A stretch of DNA of 64,000 nt from Bacilli bacterium (lineage in GTDB: Bacteria; Bacillota_I; Bacilli_A; RF39; UBA660), in NCBI GenBank assembly GCA_017887425.1, contig JAGHHZ010000028.1:20304-84303 (forward strand). The letters are read 5' to 3'. The position numbers and the translations under genes are program-made. The notes beneath the pieces are model-generated. The model saw nothing but the letters and a program-made list of their open reading frames with translations. It was not told the origin of the DNA and searched no databases. Positions 29,977 to 38,663 of the stretch are shown piece after piece (the stretch's first letter is position 1; each line of letters begins with the position of its first letter).

Positions 29977-30671
29977 TGCAACGTTATTTTAGTGAAGTAA
30001 AAAAAGACAATTTGTTTTTGTTAAAAGATGAAGATTTATACCACATTAAAACAGTTATGCGCATGAATATTAATGATGAAATCGAAGTTGTTTATGAACA
30101 AAAAGTTTACATTTGTAAATTAGATAAAAACTATAACGCAATTATTGAAAAAGTGATTGAAGATAATAAAATAAAAAAAATAAACTATGTTTTATGTGTT
30201 CCTATCTTACAAGAACAAAAAATGTCTTTTATTTTGCAAAAAGCTACGGAATTAGGTGTCGATTTAATTATTCCTATTTTAACTGCAAGAAGTATGGTCA
30301 AAGTAAAAGATAAAGAGAATAAAAAAATCGAACGTTGGAAGCGTATTTGTAAAGAGGCAAGTGAACAATCAAAAAGAGTTACTATTCCAGAAGTAAGTGA
30401 AATAAAAAAAATAACTGATTTAAATTTGGATGGATTGAAAATTGTTTGTAGTACTAAAGAAAAAGATAATACCTTAAAAAAAGTATTAAAAAATAATTTG
30501 AAATGTGATAAAATAATAATGGTTGTCGGTCCAGAAGGTGGCTTAACTTTAGATGAAGAAAATAAACTAATTGATCTTGGCTTTATACCAACTTCTTTAG
30601 GAGACAATATTCTTCGTGTCGAAACCGCACCACTTTATTTACTTAGTGTTTTAAATTATGAGATGGAGTGA
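29976..30671 (+). CDS. rsmE: 16S rRNA (uracil1498-N3)-methyltransferase RsmE
   Basis: MQRYF opening, HIKTVMRMNIND, VVGPEGGL and LGDNILRVETA. It is followed by mtaB, as in B. subtilis yqeU-yqeV. Confidence 0.9.
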   Translation: MQRYFSEVKKDNLFLLKDEDLYHIKTVMRMNINDEIEVVYEQKVYICKLDKNYNAIIEKVIEDNKIKKINYVLCVPILQEQKMSFILQKATELGVDLIIPILTARSMVKVKDKENKKIERWKRICKEASEQSKRVTIPEVSEIKKITDLNLDGLKIVCSTKEKDNTLKKVLKNNLKCDKIIMVVGPEGGLTLDEENKLIDLGFIPTSLGDNILRVETAPLYLLSVLNYEME

Positions 30672-30676
30672 TTGTT

Positions 30677-31162
30677 ATGAATTTTATTATTGATAATATT
30701 TTAACTTATAAATATGTTTATATTGGACTATTAGCTTTATTATTACTGATAATTATTTTAATTATCGTTTTAAAGCCAAAAAAAATAAAACCAATCGAAG
30801 CTAGAGTTGATGATGAACCTAAAAATAATGAGAAAACAGAAATTGAACAAGTGATTGAAGCTTTAGAAGATAGTAGTGAAAAAAGACCAATGACGACATT
30901 TGAAGAGGAACAAGAAGCTAATGCAATTATTAGTTATCAAGAACTTGTCCAAGCTGTTAATGAAAAAAGAGCACGTTTAGAAAAAGATGCACCTAAAAAG
31001 CTTGAACCAGAAGTACCTGCTGAGTTATTAGAAAATGTTGAAGAAAAACCTGAAGAACCACCAAAATTTAAAAATAGTGAGTTTATTTCACCAATATTTG
31101 GCAAAGATAGTAACAATGATAATTTTTTAAAAGAGTTAAAAGATTTTAGAAATAATTTATGA
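30677..31162 (+). CDS. Hypothetical bitopic membrane protein with an acidic cytoplasmic/extracellular tail
   Basis: It has one N-terminal TM segment (YVYIGLLALLLLIIILIIVL) followed by an E/K/P-rich low-complexity region. I recognise no family. Confidence 0.5.
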   Translation: MNFIIDNILTYKYVYIGLLALLLLIIILIIVLKPKKIKPIEARVDDEPKNNEKTEIEQVIEALEDSSEKRPMTTFEEEQEANAIISYQELVQAVNEKRARLEKDAPKKLEPEVPAELLENVEEKPEEPPKFKNSEFISPIFGKDSNNDNFLKELKDFRNNL

Positions 31163-32442
31163 AATATTATATAATTAATTTAGGCTGTAAAGTAAATGCT
31201 TATGAAGCAAAAGTTATGAGTGATTTACTTACTAATGCCGGTTTTACTAAAGGAAGTATTGACGATGCGGATATATATATTGTCAATACTTGTTTTGTTA
31301 CTAATGTTGCCGAGCATAAATCATTTCAAATGATTAGAAAAGCAATTAAACACAAACCAAAATTGGTTATTGTTTGTGGTTGTCTATCACAAATGAAAGA
31401 AAAAGAAGTATTAGCTATCGATGGTGTCAACATAGTTTTAGGAAACAAGGATAAATCTAAAATAATTGAGTATATTAATAACTATAAAGATAAGGTAAGT
31501 AAAATATATGATTTAACCAATATCGAGTTTGAAGACATGCAGTTAAATAATTTTGATAAAACAAGAGCTTTTGTTAAAATTCAAGATGGTTGTAATAACT
31601 TTTGTTCTTACTGTATTATTCCTTATACAAGAGGTAATGTTAGAAGTAAGAAAAAAGAAGATGTTATTAATGAGATTAAAAATTTAATTAATTATGGTCA
31701 TAAAGAAATTGTTTTAACTGGTATCCATACTGGTAATTACCATGATTTAGATTATGACTTTGCTGATCTTTTAAACGATATTGTTAAAATACCTAATTTA
31801 AAAAGACTAAGAATTTCTTCAATTGAAATTACGGAAATAAATGACCGGGTCATGGACGTTATTAAAAATAATGATATTTTAGTCGATCACATGCATATAC
31901 CTTTACAATCAGGTTCTAATACTATTTTAGATCTCATGAATCGTAAATATGACATTACTTACTTTATCAATAAAATAAATAAATTAAGAAATATTAGACC
32001 TTTAATTTCTATTACCACTGATGTAATAGTTGGTTTTCCAAATGAAACCGAAGAATTGTTTAATGAAACTATTGATAATATTAAAAAAATTGGTTTTGCT
32101 AAATTACATGTTTTTCCTTATTCTGTTCGTGAAGGAACTAAAGCTAGTTTAATGGATAATCAAGTACCAGAAAATATAAAAAAAGAACGAGCAAGAAAAT
32201 TAATTGATTTATCAAAAGAACTAGAAATAAATTATATTAATAATTTTATTGGTTCGTATTTAGAATTTATACCTGAAACTTATAAAGATGGTTATTTATA
32301 TGGCCATACTGGTAATTATTTATCTATTAAAGTACCAGGTGATAAAGCTTTATTAAATAAAATTGTTAAAGTAAAAATCAAGAAATTAGATTATCCTTAC
32401 TGTGTGTCTAATATATGTCAAGATACTGTTGACATTAGGTAA
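31159..32442 (+). CDS. mtaB: tRNA (N6-threonylcarbamoyladenosine37) methylthiotransferase MtaB (radical SAM)
   Basis: UPF0004 N-domain (LGCKVNAYE, NTCFVT, GCLSQ), radical-SAM CNNFCSYCIIP, and position after rsmE. Confidence 0.85.
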   Translation: MKYYIINLGCKVNAYEAKVMSDLLTNAGFTKGSIDDADIYIVNTCFVTNVAEHKSFQMIRKAIKHKPKLVIVCGCLSQMKEKEVLAIDGVNIVLGNKDKSKIIEYINNYKDKVSKIYDLTNIEFEDMQLNNFDKTRAFVKIQDGCNNFCSYCIIPYTRGNVRSKKKEDVINEIKNLINYGHKEIVLTGIHTGNYHDLDYDFADLLNDIVKIPNLKRLRISSIEITEINDRVMDVIKNNDILVDHMHIPLQSGSNTILDLMNRKYDITYFINKINKLRNIRPLISITTDVIVGFPNETEELFNETIDNIKKIGFAKLHVFPYSVREGTKASLMDNQVPENIKKERARKLIDLSKELEINYINNFIGSYLEFIPETYKDGYLYGHTGNYLSIKVPGDKALLNKIVKVKIKKLDYPYCVSNICQDTVDIR

Positions 32443-32474
32443 TCTTTATATTATACTTAAAATAGGTGATGATT

Positions 32475-32990
32475 ATGAGGTATTCTTTAGAAAGAAAAAG
32501 TTATGTTCAAGCTGTGACTGAAAATTTTCAGGACACTTTAAAAAGCTTAGCTGGTTTTGTTACATGTAGTGCGGTAACTGGCCTTGGCTTTGGTATTATT
32601 CATAGTATGAATATAACAGAATTTAGTCTAGAAAGTGATGAAAGATTAATTCCTACAATCACCGCTTTTGGAGCAGTTTATTATGCTAAAAAAGTCTATG
32701 ATAATTTTAAAAAAGATCGTGCTAGAGTCCACCAATTAGCTTTAGAAATTGATAAAGAAAGAGAACGAAGAAAAAAAGAAAGAGAAAAAGCGATGGAAGG
32801 CTTTATTACGCCTGATCAATTATCACAATTACAAACACAAAAATTATTTGATCAAGATGAACGAGTAGTTGAATTAAAAAAATATCGCGATATTTTAACT
32901 AGTGCACAAGAAGAACAAAAATCTGGCGCTACAGCAGGTAAAAGAAAATCCCTTAACAATGGAATATATAAAGCAAATGATAATTATTAA
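32475..32990 (+). CDS. Hypothetical membrane protein with a coiled-coil tail
   Basis: It has two predicted TM segments (GFVTCSAVTGLGFGIIH, IPTITAFGAVYYA) followed by a charged helix. The start is ambiguous (GTG 32466, ATG 32469 or ATG 32475). I recognise no family. Confidence 0.45.
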   Translation: MRYSLERKSYVQAVTENFQDTLKSLAGFVTCSAVTGLGFGIIHSMNITEFSLESDERLIPTITAFGAVYYAKKVYDNFKKDRARVHQLALEIDKERERRKKEREKAMEGFITPDQLSQLQTQKLFDQDERVVELKKYRDILTSAQEEQKSGATAGKRKSLNNGIYKANDNY

Positions 32991-33039
32991 GATAGATTTT
33001 TCTATCTTTTTTTGATATAATTAGAAAGGTGTTTAGTCT

Positions 33040-35244
33040 ATGAAATTATATATCAAAGGAAATTATCGTAAAACTATTTTTTCATCTAGTAAAGGCTATG
33101 TTATTGGTCTTTTTAAAGTTAGAGAAACAAACGATGAAGAAATGAAATTATATATCAATAAATCAGTAACTTTTACCGGTTATTTTCACGAATTAAACGA
33201 AGATGATATGTATTGTTTTTATGGTGAAACTGTCGATCATCCTAAATATGGTATTCAATTTCAAGTGAGTGATTATGAAAGATTAAAACCAGAAGATGAA
33301 GATGGATTAGTAGCTTTTTTGTCGAGTGATTTATTTAAAGGAGTAGGAGTTACTTTAGCTAAATCGATAGTTGATACTTTGGGTAAAAATGTTTTAGATG
33401 AAATTTTAAAAGACGAAAGTTGTTTATTGTTGGTACCTAAAATGACGGCTAAAAAAGCGCATAAAATTTATGAAACATTATCCAAATATGAAGAAAGTCA
33501 TCAGATGATAGTTTATTTAACTGATTTAGGATTCAATATGAAAGATGCTTTAGATATTTATAATATCTATAAAAAAGATACAATTGCTAATATTGAACAT
33601 AATCCTTACAAATTAATTGAAGATGCGGATGTAAATTTCGTTAAAGTCGATGAAATAGCTTTAAAATTTGATATCAAAGAAAATGATGAAAGAAGAATAA
33701 AAGCTTGTATAATTTATATTATGAATAAAATACTATTTACTAATAGTGACACTTATTTAATTTATGATGAAATTGTCGAAGGTGTTTTTAATTATTTGAA
33801 AATAGATTTAGATATCGATGAATTTGACTTGTTGTTAAATGAATTAATCGAAGAAAATAAAATAGTTTTATTAGATGATAAATATTATTTAAAGGAAATG
33901 TATGATTCAGAAACTAATATCGTTAAAGAAATAAGTTATTTAATCAATAATAAGATTTCTAAAAAAGATTTAGATACAAGAATAGAAGAGTTAGAAAGTG
34001 TTAATAATATTAAATATAACGATAAACAAAAAGAAGCGATAAAAAAATCCTTAGAAAATAATATTACGATAATAACTGGTGGACCAGGTACTGGTAAAAC
34101 AACGATTATCAAAGCTATTTGTGAATTGTATATGGAAATAAATAAATTGGATTTTGATGATGCACCAAATAAAATAGCTTTATTAGCGCCAACTGGTCGA
34201 GCTAGTAAAAGAATGAGTGAATCAACTTTACTACCAGCTAGTACGATTCATAGGTTTCTAAAATGGAATAAAGAAACAAATGAATTTTTAATCAATGAAT
34301 ATAACAAAGCATTTCAAAATTTAATTATTATCGATGAAGTAAGTATGATTGATTTAAAACTATTAGATAGTTTATTTAGAGGATTAACTAGAAATATAAA
34401 ACTAGTTTTAGTCGGTGACCATCATCAACTGCCTTCAGTTGGACCAGGTAATATTTTAAAAGATTTGATTGAAAGTGATTTAATTGATACTATTTATTTA
34501 GACACTTTATATCGGCAAGATGAAAATTCTTATATCCCAACTTTAGCTCAAGAAATTAAAAATAATGAATTAAGTGATACTTTTTTAGAAACAAAAAGTG
34601 ATTATACCTTTTTAAAATGTAGTAGTTTATCGATTAAAGAAAACTTAAAAAATTTATGTAAACAGTTAGTTGATAAAGGATATGATTATAAAAGAGTTCA
34701 AATTATGGCCCCAATGTATGCTGGTATTAATGGTATTGATAATTTAAACAAAGAACTACAAGCTATTTTTAATCCTGAAGATAATAGTAAAAATGAAATA
34801 AAATATGGCGATATTATTTATAGAGAAAATGATAAAGTCTTGCAATTAGTTAATATGCCTGAAGAAAATATCTATAATGGTGATATTGGTATTATTAAAA
34901 ATATTTTAAAAATTGACCGTAAGACATTTATTTATATTGATTTTGATGGCAATTTAGTTAAATATGAAAGTAAAGATTTAAATAAAATAACTCATGGCTT
35001 TATTATTTCGATTCATAAAGCGCAAGGTAGTGAATTTGAACTTATTGTTATGCCAATATGTAATAGTTATAAAAGGATGTTATATCGTAAATTAATATAT
35101 ACAGGAATTACAAGAGCTAAAAAGAAATTGATATTAATTGGTGAGCCACAAGCCTTTGTTTATGCTGTTAATAATAATAATGAGATAATTCGTAAAACTA
35201 ATCTTTTAGAACAGTTAAAGAATAATATTTTAAACAATGGATAA
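33040..35244 (+). CDS. recD2: ATP-dependent RecD2-like DNA helicase (SF1B)
   Basis: The N-terminal OB/HhH region is followed by Walker A GGPGTGKTT, IIDEVSMID, GDHHQLPSVGPG, SIHKAQGSEF and YTGITRAKK. Confidence 0.9.
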   Translation: MKLYIKGNYRKTIFSSSKGYVIGLFKVRETNDEEMKLYINKSVTFTGYFHELNEDDMYCFYGETVDHPKYGIQFQVSDYERLKPEDEDGLVAFLSSDLFKGVGVTLAKSIVDTLGKNVLDEILKDESCLLLVPKMTAKKAHKIYETLSKYEESHQMIVYLTDLGFNMKDALDIYNIYKKDTIANIEHNPYKLIEDADVNFVKVDEIALKFDIKENDERRIKACIIYIMNKILFTNSDTYLIYDEIVEGVFNYLKIDLDIDEFDLLLNELIEENKIVLLDDKYYLKEMYDSETNIVKEISYLINNKISKKDLDTRIEELESVNNIKYNDKQKEAIKKSLENNITIITGGPGTGKTTIIKAICELYMEINKLDFDDAPNKIALLAPTGRASKRMSESTLLPASTIHRFLKWNKETNEFLINEYNKAFQNLIIIDEVSMIDLKLLDSLFRGLTRNIKLVLVGDHHQLPSVGPGNILKDLIESDLIDTIYLDTLYRQDENSYIPTLAQEIKNNELSDTFLETKSDYTFLKCSSLSIKENLKNLCKQLVDKGYDYKRVQIMAPMYAGINGIDNLNKELQAIFNPEDNSKNEIKYGDIIYRENDKVLQLVNMPEENIYNGDIGIIKNILKIDRKTFIYIDFDGNLVKYESKDLNKITHGFIISIHKAQGSEFELIVMPICNSYKRMLYRKLIYTGITRAKKKLILIGEPQAFVYAVNNNNEIIRKTNLLEQLKNNILNNG

Positions 35245-35300
35245 AATAAAAATGTATGTTTATACATACCTTCATTTTTTCTATTTAAAGAGGTGATATT

Positions 35301-35456
35301 ATGAAAGAAGTTCTAAAAGGTGCCATGTTAATTGGAATCGGTATCGGTGCTACTGTTGCATATCAAAAATATAGTAAACCTGTAATGCAAGAAATGGAAA
35401 AATTTGCAAATAAAACAATGAAAAAAGTTAATAAAGAATTAGAAGAAATGATGTAA
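35301..35456 (+). CDS. 51-aa small membrane protein (YtxH-like pattern)
   Basis: The SD AGAGGTGA precedes ATG 35301. The product is MKEVLKGAMLIGIGIGATVAYQKYSKPVMQEMEKFANKTMKKVNKELEEMM. A terminator follows. It is below the track cut-off. Confidence 0.5.
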   Translation: MKEVLKGAMLIGIGIGATVAYQKYSKPVMQEMEKFANKTMKKVNKELEEMM

Positions 35457-35460
35457 TTGA

Positions 35461-35483
35461 AAACTTCCCCAAAAGGGAAGTTT
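35461..35483. terminator. Bidirectional terminator between the small ORF and glmS
   Basis: AAACTTCCC-caaaa-GGGAAGTTT with flanking A and T tracts. Confidence 0.75.
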
Positions 35484-37231
35484 TATTCTACTGTAACTGA
35501 CTTAGCTAAATTTTTAGGCTTATCGATATCACAATTTCTTGCTTTGGCTACATAATAAGCAATTAATTGAATTGGAATAATGGTTAGTAAAGATTGAAAT
35601 AATTTATTATCTGGAATAATTATTTTTTCATCATAAAAATCACCTTCTTCATCTAAAGAAGTAGTAGTGATATAAATAACTTTTGCGCCTCTTGCTTTAG
35701 TTTCTTTAATATTACTAATTGTTTTATCCTTTAATTCTTTATCTGTTACAATCGCTATTACTTTTGTATTATTTTCAATTAAAGAAATAGTTCCATGTTT
35801 TAATTCACCAGCTTGGTAAGCTACACTATTAATATAAGAAATTTCTTTTAATTTTAGTGAACCTTCCAAAGCTAAAGCATAATCGATACCTCTTCCAATA
35901 TAAAATATTTTTTCGTCATCTTTAATTAAATCAGCTATTTTTCTATAGTCATTTTTTAATACTTTATTTAAGTCGTTAATTAAATTATCAAATTCGTTTA
36001 TGATATTTTTAGTTTTTGAATTATAGTAAGCAATTAAACTTAATATAGCTACTTGACAACTATAAGCTTTAGTTGTCGCTACCGCTATTTCTAATCCGGC
36101 GTTTGTATAAATAACATCTTTTACTTCTCTTGCAATCGAAGAATCGATGACATTGATAATTCCTAAAGTATCACAATTATTTTTAACTTTTTTCACACAA
36201 GCTAAAGTATCAGCTGTTTCACCAGATTGCGAGATAAAAATAACTAATGTTTTTTTATTGATAAAATTGTTTTGATAACGATATTCACTAGCGATTTCTA
36301 CTTTTGTTTCAATATGACAATATTTTTCAATTAAATATTTGCCAATTAATCCTGCATGATAAGCACTACCACAAGCAACAATATGAATTTTTTGATACTT
36401 TTTGATATTTGGTAATTTTTGTTTATTATTTAAAAAAGGAAGTAGAGTATTTTTAATAACTTCTGGTTGCTCGTATATTTCTTTTAGCATGTAGTGTTCA
36501 TAATCCTGTTTTGAAATATCTTCGATACTACCATTATAAGTATAAGTCTTTTTATTTAAAATATTTAATCTTTCATTATAGATAGTTATATTATCTTTAG
36601 TTAAATGAGCAATCTCATTATCGTTTAATAATATATATTTATCTGTATGTTTTAAAATGGCTGGAATATCACTAGCTATAAATGTACCATCATCACTTTT
36701 AGCAACTATCAAAGGACTACCTTTTTTAACTGCATAAATGCTATTTAAATCATCATTTACAATAATACCTAAAGCATAACTACCTTTAACTAATTCACTT
36801 AATTTGGCTAATACTTTAATTATATTATGACTTTCTTGATATAATTTATCGATTAGACAAGCTAATACTTCAGTATCAGTTTCACTTTTAAACGAATATT
36901 CTGTTAATAGTTTTTTTAACTCCTGATAGTTTTCAATAATCCCATTATGAACTAGGGTAATACTACCTTGCTGATGGGGATGAGCATTGATTTTATTAGG
37001 ACTACCGTGAGTTGCCCATCTTGTATGGCCGATACCTAAATAAGTATCGGTATTTTTATCTATTAGGTTAATTAAATTACTTAATTTACCTTTTTCTTTA
37101 ATTATATTTATTTTATCAGTTACATAAGCGATACCACTTGAATCATAACCGCGGTATTCTAAACTAGCTAGACCTTCTAAAATGATCGGGATAGCTTTTT
37201 TCTTACCGACATAACAATAAATTCCGCACAT
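35483..37231 (-). CDS. glmS: Glutamine--fructose-6-phosphate aminotransferase (isomerising)
   Basis: The Ntn start MCGIYCYVG is at ATG 37231 after the SD GGAGG. It contains HTRWATHG, two SIS domains and the KSVTVE end. The track's longer start (37276) runs into the ribozyme. Confidence 0.96.
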   Translation of the reverse strand: MCGIYCYVGKKKAIPIILEGLASLEYRGYDSSGIAYVTDKINIIKEKGKLSNLINLIDKNTDTYLGIGHTRWATHGSPNKINAHPHQQGSITLVHNGIIENYQELKKLLTEYSFKSETDTEVLACLIDKLYQESHNIIKVLAKLSELVKGSYALGIIVNDDLNSIYAVKKGSPLIVAKSDDGTFIASDIPAILKHTDKYILLNDNEIAHLTKDNITIYNERLNILNKKTYTYNGSIEDISKQDYEHYMLKEIYEQPEVIKNTLLPFLNNKQKLPNIKKYQKIHIVACGSAYHAGLIGKYLIEKYCHIETKVEIASEYRYQNNFINKKTLVIFISQSGETADTLACVKKVKNNCDTLGIINVIDSSIAREVKDVIYTNAGLEIAVATTKAYSCQVAILSLIAYYNSKTKNIINEFDNLINDLNKVLKNDYRKIADLIKDDEKIFYIGRGIDYALALEGSLKLKEISYINSVAYQAGELKHGTISLIENNTKVIAIVTDKELKDKTISNIKETKARGAKVIYITTTSLDEEGDFYDEKIIIPDNKLFQSLLTIIPIQLIAYYVAKARNCDIDKPKNLAKSVTVE

Positions 37232-37244
37232 ATTTTCCTCCATG

Positions 37245-37392
37245 ATTAAAAAAGTGCGTAATATATTTTTTGTCATAATCTTGATTTTATGGTTTGTAAT
37301 ATATTTGCGAGAGCACGTTCCCGTAACAGTATCCGCCGAATCTTTCGATAAACTGTTAACCTCGTCAACTTTTTTAGTCCTGGCGCTAACAA
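37245..37392 (-). ncRNA. glmS: glmS ribozyme (GlcN6P-dependent self-cleaving riboswitch)
   Basis: The minus strand reads AGCGCCAGGACTAAAAAAGTTGACGAGGTTAACAGTTTATCGAAAGATTCGGCGGATACTGTTACGGGAACGTGCTCTCGC. This matches the conserved core (AGCGCCAG...GACGAGG...CGAAA...UCGGCGGAU) of the Bacillus glmS ribozyme. It lies immediately 5' of glmS. Confidence 0.9.
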
Positions 37393-37530
37393 AATAACTT
37401 TACCTCCATTAGTTATTAAGTTTTATACAACTATTATACGATATTTTAGTAATTTTGATAATAATTTAATGTCAAATAGTTGTAATTATAAGTCAATAAA
37501 ACTCCCAAAATATCTGGAGTATCTAATATA

Positions 37531-38394
37531 TTATAATAGGCGACTTATTTGTTTTTTACTTAATTTAGTTAATTTAGCTATTAAGTCGATGCTCATTCCT
37601 TCAGCCAACATATTTTTGGCAATATCTAAAATGCCTTTTTTTTCGCCTTCAATTAATCCAATCTTTTTACCTTTTTTTTCGCCTTCGATTAAGCCAACTT
37701 TTTTGCCTTCTTCTTTGCTTTGTTCAATTAAAGCATCTTGATACATTTTTCGCTCTTCTTCAGCCGTAAACCAACTAATTACTTCATCATCATTGTTAAC
37801 TTCATCAACTTTCTTTTTATATTCCATAACTTTATCACTCCTTTCAGCTAATTCAGCTAATTCTTCTTTGCCTAAACCTAACATGATAATTAGTTCATCA
37901 TTATTTTTAAACTTCTTACCATTATTATAATAATCATTAACATAAAAATCTACATTTATGTTGAAGATTGTTAAAATATCGGTTACTATTAGTTTCTTTT
38001 GCTTACTATATAGTCCTAGTTCGTCTTTCTTATATCCGTGACAATTAAAATTTAGATTTATTTGAATTATTTTTTTATTAGAATTATAAACTTTTTTGCC
38101 TTTTTCCGCTTTACTACCACATAGTTTAAAAACATAGAAAAGATTACGTGTGAAAATAAGTTTATCGAATTTAGAATTCAATTCAACATTAATATATTCA
38201 TTATTTGTGTTTATTAATAAATCTAATTTTTGAATGCGATTATTTATTTTATCAGTAACTAAATTAGGATTTAAAATATTCATATTTTCGATTTTTCTTT
38301 CTAATATTTTTTCTAATAAATCTTTTAATAATTGTCTATTATTTAAAAAGACATACATAAAAACTACCTCATGCTTAGCAGTATAATATTTCAT
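37531..38394 (-). CDS. Rpn-family recombination-promoting nuclease / putative transposase (PD-(D/E)xK, YhgA-like)
   Basis: It opens HEVVFMYVFLNNRQLLKDLLEKIL, contains LDLLINTNNEYINVELN and IQINLN, and has a C-terminal EEG..G..EG..KG repeat followed by AKNMLAEGMSIDLIAKLTKLSKKQI. All of this is typical of the Firmicute Rpn/'transposase_31' family. The SD GAGGAGGTG lies upstream. Confidence 0.75.
   Translation of the reverse strand: MKYYTAKHEVVFMYVFLNNRQLLKDLLEKILERKIENMNILNPNLVTDKINNRIQKLDLLINTNNEYINVELNSKFDKLIFTRNLFYVFKLCGSKAEKGKKVYNSNKKIIQINLNFNCHGYKKDELGLYSKQKKLIVTDILTIFNINVDFYVNDYYNNGKKFKNNDELIIMLGLGKEELAELAERSDKVMEYKKKVDEVNNDDEVISWFTAEEERKMYQDALIEQSKEEGKKVGLIEGEKKGKKIGLIEGEKKGILDIAKNMLAEGMSIDLIAKLTKLSKKQISRLL
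37637..37708. repeat. 36-bp tandem duplication inside the Rpn-family gene
   Basis: TCGCCTTCAATTAATCCAATCTTTTTACCT at 37643 matches TCGCCTTCGATTAAGCCAACTTTTTTGCCT at 37679, an offset of 36. These encode GKKIGLIEGEKK and GKKVGLIEGEKK. Confidence 0.8.
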
Positions 38395-38529
38395 GATTCA
38401 CCTCCTCATTAGTTATATAGAACAAAAGTAGGCGATTTCCTTTTTATTTTAATAAAAAAATTAAAAAAAGATAAAATTTCTGTTATTTTTAATTACTGGT
38501 TATCACAATTTTTAATTTTAACAAATTCT

Positions 38530-38574
38530 TTACAACTGTATCAATTAAATTTATTACAACTATATTGATCAATT
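38530..38574 (+). promoter_or_regulatory. Direct repeat pair upstream of the FtsX-type permease (possible operator)
   Basis: TTACAACTGTATCAATT at 38530 and TTACAACTATATTGATCAATT at 38554, 24 bp apart, about 90 bp upstream of the permease start. Confidence 0.25.
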
Positions 38575-38663
38575 ATTTAACAAATATTAGAAAAAGTGAA
38601 ATAACAAATTAATATCATTGTAATTTTTTAATTTATATTATATAATCAAAATAGGTGAATAGT

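Noticed and set aside
37469-37741. 90-aa plus-strand ORF with a repeated FFSPSI(N/K)P motif
   Set aside because: The repeat is simply the reverse-frame image of the 36-bp duplication in the Rpn-family gene on the other strand, which has a far better coding signature.
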